Positions 60,620 through 64,000 of a stretch of 64,000 nucleotides of DNA are shown piece after piece. The DNA is from a virus (Duplodnaviria; Caudoviricetes): positions 1,285 through 65,284 of the IMG/VR virus record IMGVR_UViG_3300046488_000208. The stretch is one strand, 5' to 3'. Positions within the stretch are counted from its first letter, which is position 1, and the number at the start of each line of letters is the position of its first letter. The notes below the pieces were generated by a model, which made no database searches, was not told the DNA's origin, and saw nothing but the letters and a program-made list of their open reading frames with translations. A program made the position numbers and the translations under genes.

Positions 60620-60780
60620 TTGTTTTTCATAATTCTTTTTTTTATAATTCATTTGTTGCTATCGAAACCCCGAAATATTCATATATCTTCGGGGTTTTTT
60701 ATTGCAATAAATCCTGGAAATACTGAAACATTCATAGTCTATTGTACGTATAACAATTGTAACCAAAACACAATAAAGCT

Positions 60781-60909
60781 ATGCAAACCACAGAACCCAT
60801 GAGAATTACATTTGAGCCAAGGTATTATGAACTATTGCCCATAAAAGACGGCAAAGAGAAAAGAAGAGACAGAAGAGCAAAACAGCGTAAACACAATAAA
60901 AAGAAATAA
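60781..60909 (+). CDS. Small basic peptide (42 aa)
   Basis: Hand-translated MQTTEP...DGKEKRRDRRAKQRK; own promoter cassette. Confidence 0.5.
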   Translation: MQTTEPMRITFEPRYYELLPIKDGKEKRRDRRAKQRKHNKKK

Positions 60910-60968
60910 TTATTGAAACATTTATAACTGAATGTACGTATAACAATTGTAACCAAAACTCAAAAGCA

Positions 60969-61568
60969 ATGTTAAAAAATAAATCAGAAATCACAGTAAG
61001 AACACAAGGTATCAAAGGTGGCAAAGCCAGATTTGAAAATAAAGGTTGTGTAACTCTTTGTATCACCGACAGAGGACAGAAAATGTCTGACCTGGTAATT
61101 GATGCAGACAGTTTCAGTGGTTCAGGTGCATCATATCAGAGAAGGGAAAAAACCCTTATAAACATCGACTTCGAAAACACACCTATTTTTCATGGTACTA
61201 TCGAACAGCTTGTTGTTAAACTCCGGGGTGCTAAAACAGAATTCGAGCAAACAAAAAAATTCAAATCAATAGGACTTGTTCTTGGCAATCTTTATATGGG
61301 TGGCGAAGGTGCATATAAAGCAAAGAATCTCAAAGCAGATACCCGTGAAGAACTACTTATTAAAGCAACGGATATGTTATCCGATGGTAGTCTTGATGGT
61401 GGTATGGGTTTTGAATCTTTAATTGGAGCATTACTTGAGATAACCACTGTTACTTCATTCATTGTCAACGACAAAACATTTGAAAATGAAGAAACTGAAA
61501 CAGTATTCTTAGGTGAATTAACACTTGAACAACAGCAATTTCTTGAAGAAACTGGAATGTACGTGTAA
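60969..61568 (+). CDS. Hypothetical protein
   Basis: Own promoter cassette. Confidence 0.6.
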   Translation: MLKNKSEITVRTQGIKGGKARFENKGCVTLCITDRGQKMSDLVIDADSFSGSGASYQRREKTLINIDFENTPIFHGTIEQLVVKLRGAKTEFEQTKKFKSIGLVLGNLYMGGEGAYKAKNLKADTREELLIKATDMLSDGSLDGGMGFESLIGALLEITTVTSFIVNDKTFENEETETVFLGELTLEQQQFLEETGMYV

Positions 61569-61795
61569 CCTTCACCCGGCAATGTACGTATAACATTCGA
61601 AACTAAAATATACTATCGATGAAGACACGATAAAGACAATAAAAAATCCTGGAACGAATATACAGGCAGGATGACAAAATAAAAATATAATCTATGCTTT
61701 TGTTTGGTTACAAATGCAAAAAAAGACCCCGTGAAGTGTAACAATTTCCGGGGTTTTTTCGTATAACAATTGTAACCAATTAATAAAAAGAAATC

Positions 61796-62023
61796 ATGGG
61801 AATACTTAAAATTTCAGCAAAATGTTCGGACCTCTGTTGGACTAAATATACCGATAAAAATGGTAAGGAAACTGAAACCAATGGCTATGTACCTGAAGGA
61901 ATTGGTATCGGTGACGGTGGTGGTGACTATATTGATATTGATATTGACATGAAAACCGGACAGATTCTCAACTGGAAACCCGTAAGTGATGCACAGGTAA
62001 TTGAAGCACAAAAAAAAGTATAA
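61796..62023 (+). CDS. Conserved phage hypothetical protein
   Basis: GYVP......GDYI.IDID..TGQILNW. Confidence 0.6.
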   Translation: MGILKISAKCSDLCWTKYTDKNGKETETNGYVPEGIGIGDGGGDYIDIDIDMKTGQILNWKPVSDAQVIEAQKKV

Positions 62024-62025
62024 TC

Positions 62026-62253
62026 ATGAAAAAAGAAATTAAATATCATACAGACCCGACAGGTCATTGTGAAGTACTTGCAGGAAGAATAGTAATTGCA
62101 AAAGCATACGTTGGACAAAACGGCTATTCAATAAGAATTTTACAAGGCATGGACAGAGAAGCAACAATGAAAAAAATTAGAGAAGATTGCCCGGAATTCT
62201 TGACAACAAATGATATTCCTGAGAACTATTATCCTAAATTGTTTTCAAAATAA
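62026..62253 (+). CDS. Hypothetical protein
   Basis: ORF track. Confidence 0.5.
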   Translation: MKKEIKYHTDPTGHCEVLAGRIVIAKAYVGQNGYSIRILQGMDREATMKKIREDCPEFLTTNDIPENYYPKLFSK

Positions 62254-62310
62254 TTTGTAACATTTACAAGGATTTTTCGTATAACTACTGTAACCAAAAC
62301 ACATAGAGAA

Positions 62311-62640
62311 ATGACAAGAAAAGAATTTAAAGAATTGGTAAGCGTTCACAAATACGGAAGTAAACGCAATCCTAATGGTATTACAGCAATCTTCTTCGAT
62401 TGGAAGACCAATGATGAAGGTAATGGCTTTAAGTATTGCGTATTCGCACGCAATTGCAATGCTAAGACAGATGAACTACTGAAAATGTTACAGGACTTCA
62501 TTGAGCAAAAAATTGAAGATGTCCCTTGGTATGTACAATTGATTATGGCAATGATTGACAAACAGAGATTCAAAGTACCTTTGCAATCTTCGGGACTGAA
62601 CACAATGAGAAAAGTTGAACCACTAATACAGAAAGTATAA
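62311..62640 (+). CDS. Hypothetical protein
   Basis: Own promoter cassette. Confidence 0.6.
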   Translation: MTRKEFKELVSVHKYGSKRNPNGITAIFFDWKTNDEGNGFKYCVFARNCNAKTDELLKMLQDFIEQKIEDVPWYVQLIMAMIDKQRFKVPLQSSGLNTMRKVEPLIQKV

Positions 62641-62897
62641 TGAGTAAGCCAAAATTTTACCAAGCAGTATTGCAGGAAGTCGAAGGTGACGTACTTGCAA
62701 AAGCCTTTCCGGAAAACGTCAAGAAATACGGAAATCCTATGGTGACTATGACTGAACGTATGGGTTCAGAAGAAGCTAAATGTCCGGAATGCGGAGAGAA
62801 TTCCTGGTGGTTGCTTCCCAAAGAAGGAGCTGCAGTCCGTGAAGGAGGTAAGGCATACATAGAATGTCTGAATTGTGGCTATCAAACCCATTTATAA
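62640..62897 (+). CDS. Zn-ribbon hypothetical protein
   Basis: CPECG...CLNCG. Confidence 0.55.
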   Translation: MSKPKFYQAVLQEVEGDVLAKAFPENVKKYGNPMVTMTERMGSEEAKCPECGENSWWLLPKEGAAVREGGKAYIECLNCGYQTHL

Positions 62898-62965
62898 AAT
62901 ACTGAAATCCCTGTAACATTACAGGGGTTTTTTCGTATAACAACTGTAACCAATATTAAAAAGCA

Positions 62966-63544
62966 ATGGAAAAGAAATTTATTAAACTCACAGAAGATGA
63001 GTTCTATGAAAGGTTTAATCCTATCAAGAATCATTTTTACAAGAATCCCGAAGACTGCAGCTATGATGGTTGTATGTTTGAAACCTACGGACAGGAACTT
63101 GACTACATTACAGAACTTATTAATGACGGTGGAAAAGCAAGTGTCTGGACCATCGAAGAAGTTGAAGGACGGTTTTATTTTGTCAGTGGCTACCACTTTG
63201 TTAATCGCTTTGGCTACCTTGTAACCAATGAACCTGTACCCGAAAATGAAGAGTATGAAGTATTGCTCGATACCGAAGTTGATGAGCCGAAAATACGTAA
63301 AGCAAAACTCGTAAAGGAAATTACAGTCATTGACCCTGATACAAAGGGTAAAGTTAAACTGACTGTTTATAAATCAGAAAACGGTGGTATGTTTGCAATG
63401 GACAGTAGTTTCCTTGACCAGTGCTATCAGGATGAAATTTATTCAATCATTCGTGACCCATTTGAAAGTGAAGGTAATCTTATGTTAATGGAAGAAAATT
63501 CACTTACAAATTACATAAATGATGTTGATTTACCACAAGACTAA
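62966..63544 (+). CDS. Hypothetical protein
   Basis: FETYG.E..Y......VWT.....GYH.VNR.GY.VT. Confidence 0.6.
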   Translation: MEKKFIKLTEDEFYERFNPIKNHFYKNPEDCSYDGCMFETYGQELDYITELINDGGKASVWTIEEVEGRFYFVSGYHFVNRFGYLVTNEPVPENEEYEVLLDTEVDEPKIRKAKLVKEITVIDPDTKGKVKLTVYKSENGGMFAMDSSFLDQCYQDEIYSIIRDPFESEGNLMLMEENSLTNYINDVDLPQD

Positions 63545-63610
63545 TTGATGCCTTGCTTAAATACTTGCCCCGAAGTGTAACCATTTCGGGGTTTTTACGT
63601 ATAACATAGT

Positions 63611-63859
63611 ATGAAGACCTTTCCAATATACGAATCACCAATGAAGGAACGCAACGAAGAAAAATTCGGGTTGTTCAGCAATAGTTGCGTATGTTGTGGC
63701 AGACCGACAGCAGAGAAACTCTATATTCACGCTACGACTGATTGGGTGGCAGTAGATGAACCTGACCAGGATAAGGTCAGTAATTCACAAGGTGCATTTC
63801 CAATAGGACCGGAATGCGCTAAGAAATTCCCAAAGGAATTTATATTTAAAGCACATTAA
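63611..63859 (+). CDS. Zn-binding hypothetical protein
   Basis: CVCCGRP...FPIGPECAKK. Confidence 0.6.
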   Translation: MKTFPIYESPMKERNEEKFGLFSNSCVCCGRPTAEKLYIHATTDWVAVDEPDQDKVSNSQGAFPIGPECAKKFPKEFIFKAH

Positions 63860-64000
63860 TACAGGAATAAAATAAATAAAAATAATCCAAGGAAGTTGTA
63901 ACATTTTCCTTTGTTTTTACGTATAACATATGTCTGGGTACAACTGGGGTGAAGTAATCCAATCCTGCCTTATAGTCTGAGTTTAGAATCAGTCTAAATA

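Larger units (their letters stand above)
58089..63926 (+). repeat. 13 dispersed ECF-type promoter/leader repeats TG(T/A/C)AAC-N16/17-CGTATAA, mostly followed by C(A/T)A(C/T)TGTAAC(C/T)AA
   Basis: At 58089, 58919, 59328, 59747, 60012, 60724, 60914, 61564, 61737, 62256, 62912, 63576, 63897. Confidence 0.85.

Noticed and set aside
58089-63926. CRISPR array or integron attC sites
   Set aside because: The repeats are degenerate, separated by whole genes and promoter-shaped; no cas or integrase gene is visible.
1-64000. Genome-wide TAG recoding (code 15) suggested by tRNA-CUA
   Set aside because: Long ORFs are intact in the standard code, coding density is high, and several genes end plausibly at TAG.

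Overview
This is an AT-rich, mostly + strand segment of a very large (jumbo/huge) phage. The host is probably Bacteroidota, judged from TAnnTTTG promoters, a DUF5020-like protein, an SCKK lipoprotein and Fur-box-like palindromes. Long ORFs read in the standard code. Layout: (1) 0-7 kb: nrdJ C-terminus, helicase, GIY-YIG-like endonuclease, vWA protein. (2) 7-23.5 kb: a translation island with about 21 tRNAs, interspersed homing endonucleases and structured RNAs, RNase P RNA, ribosomal protein bL12, an amber (CUA) suppressor tRNA and a Pth2-like gene with an in-frame TAG. (3) 23.5-56.5 kb: nucleotide-metabolism, envelope and putative virion-internal genes, a minus-strand ncRNA cluster, IS605 and IS607 elements, and many small ORFs. 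(4) After a G-rich island at 56.6 kb: an ECF sigma factor and a run of one-gene cassettes sharing a TGTAAC-N16/17-CGTATAA promoter (19 copies counted in the window). Best candidate new systems: a multi-codon leader-peptide attenuator whose codons mirror the downstream tRNA array, and an amber-gated peptidyl-tRNA hydrolase next to a suppressor tRNA. All calls are by eye; no searches or folding programs were run.
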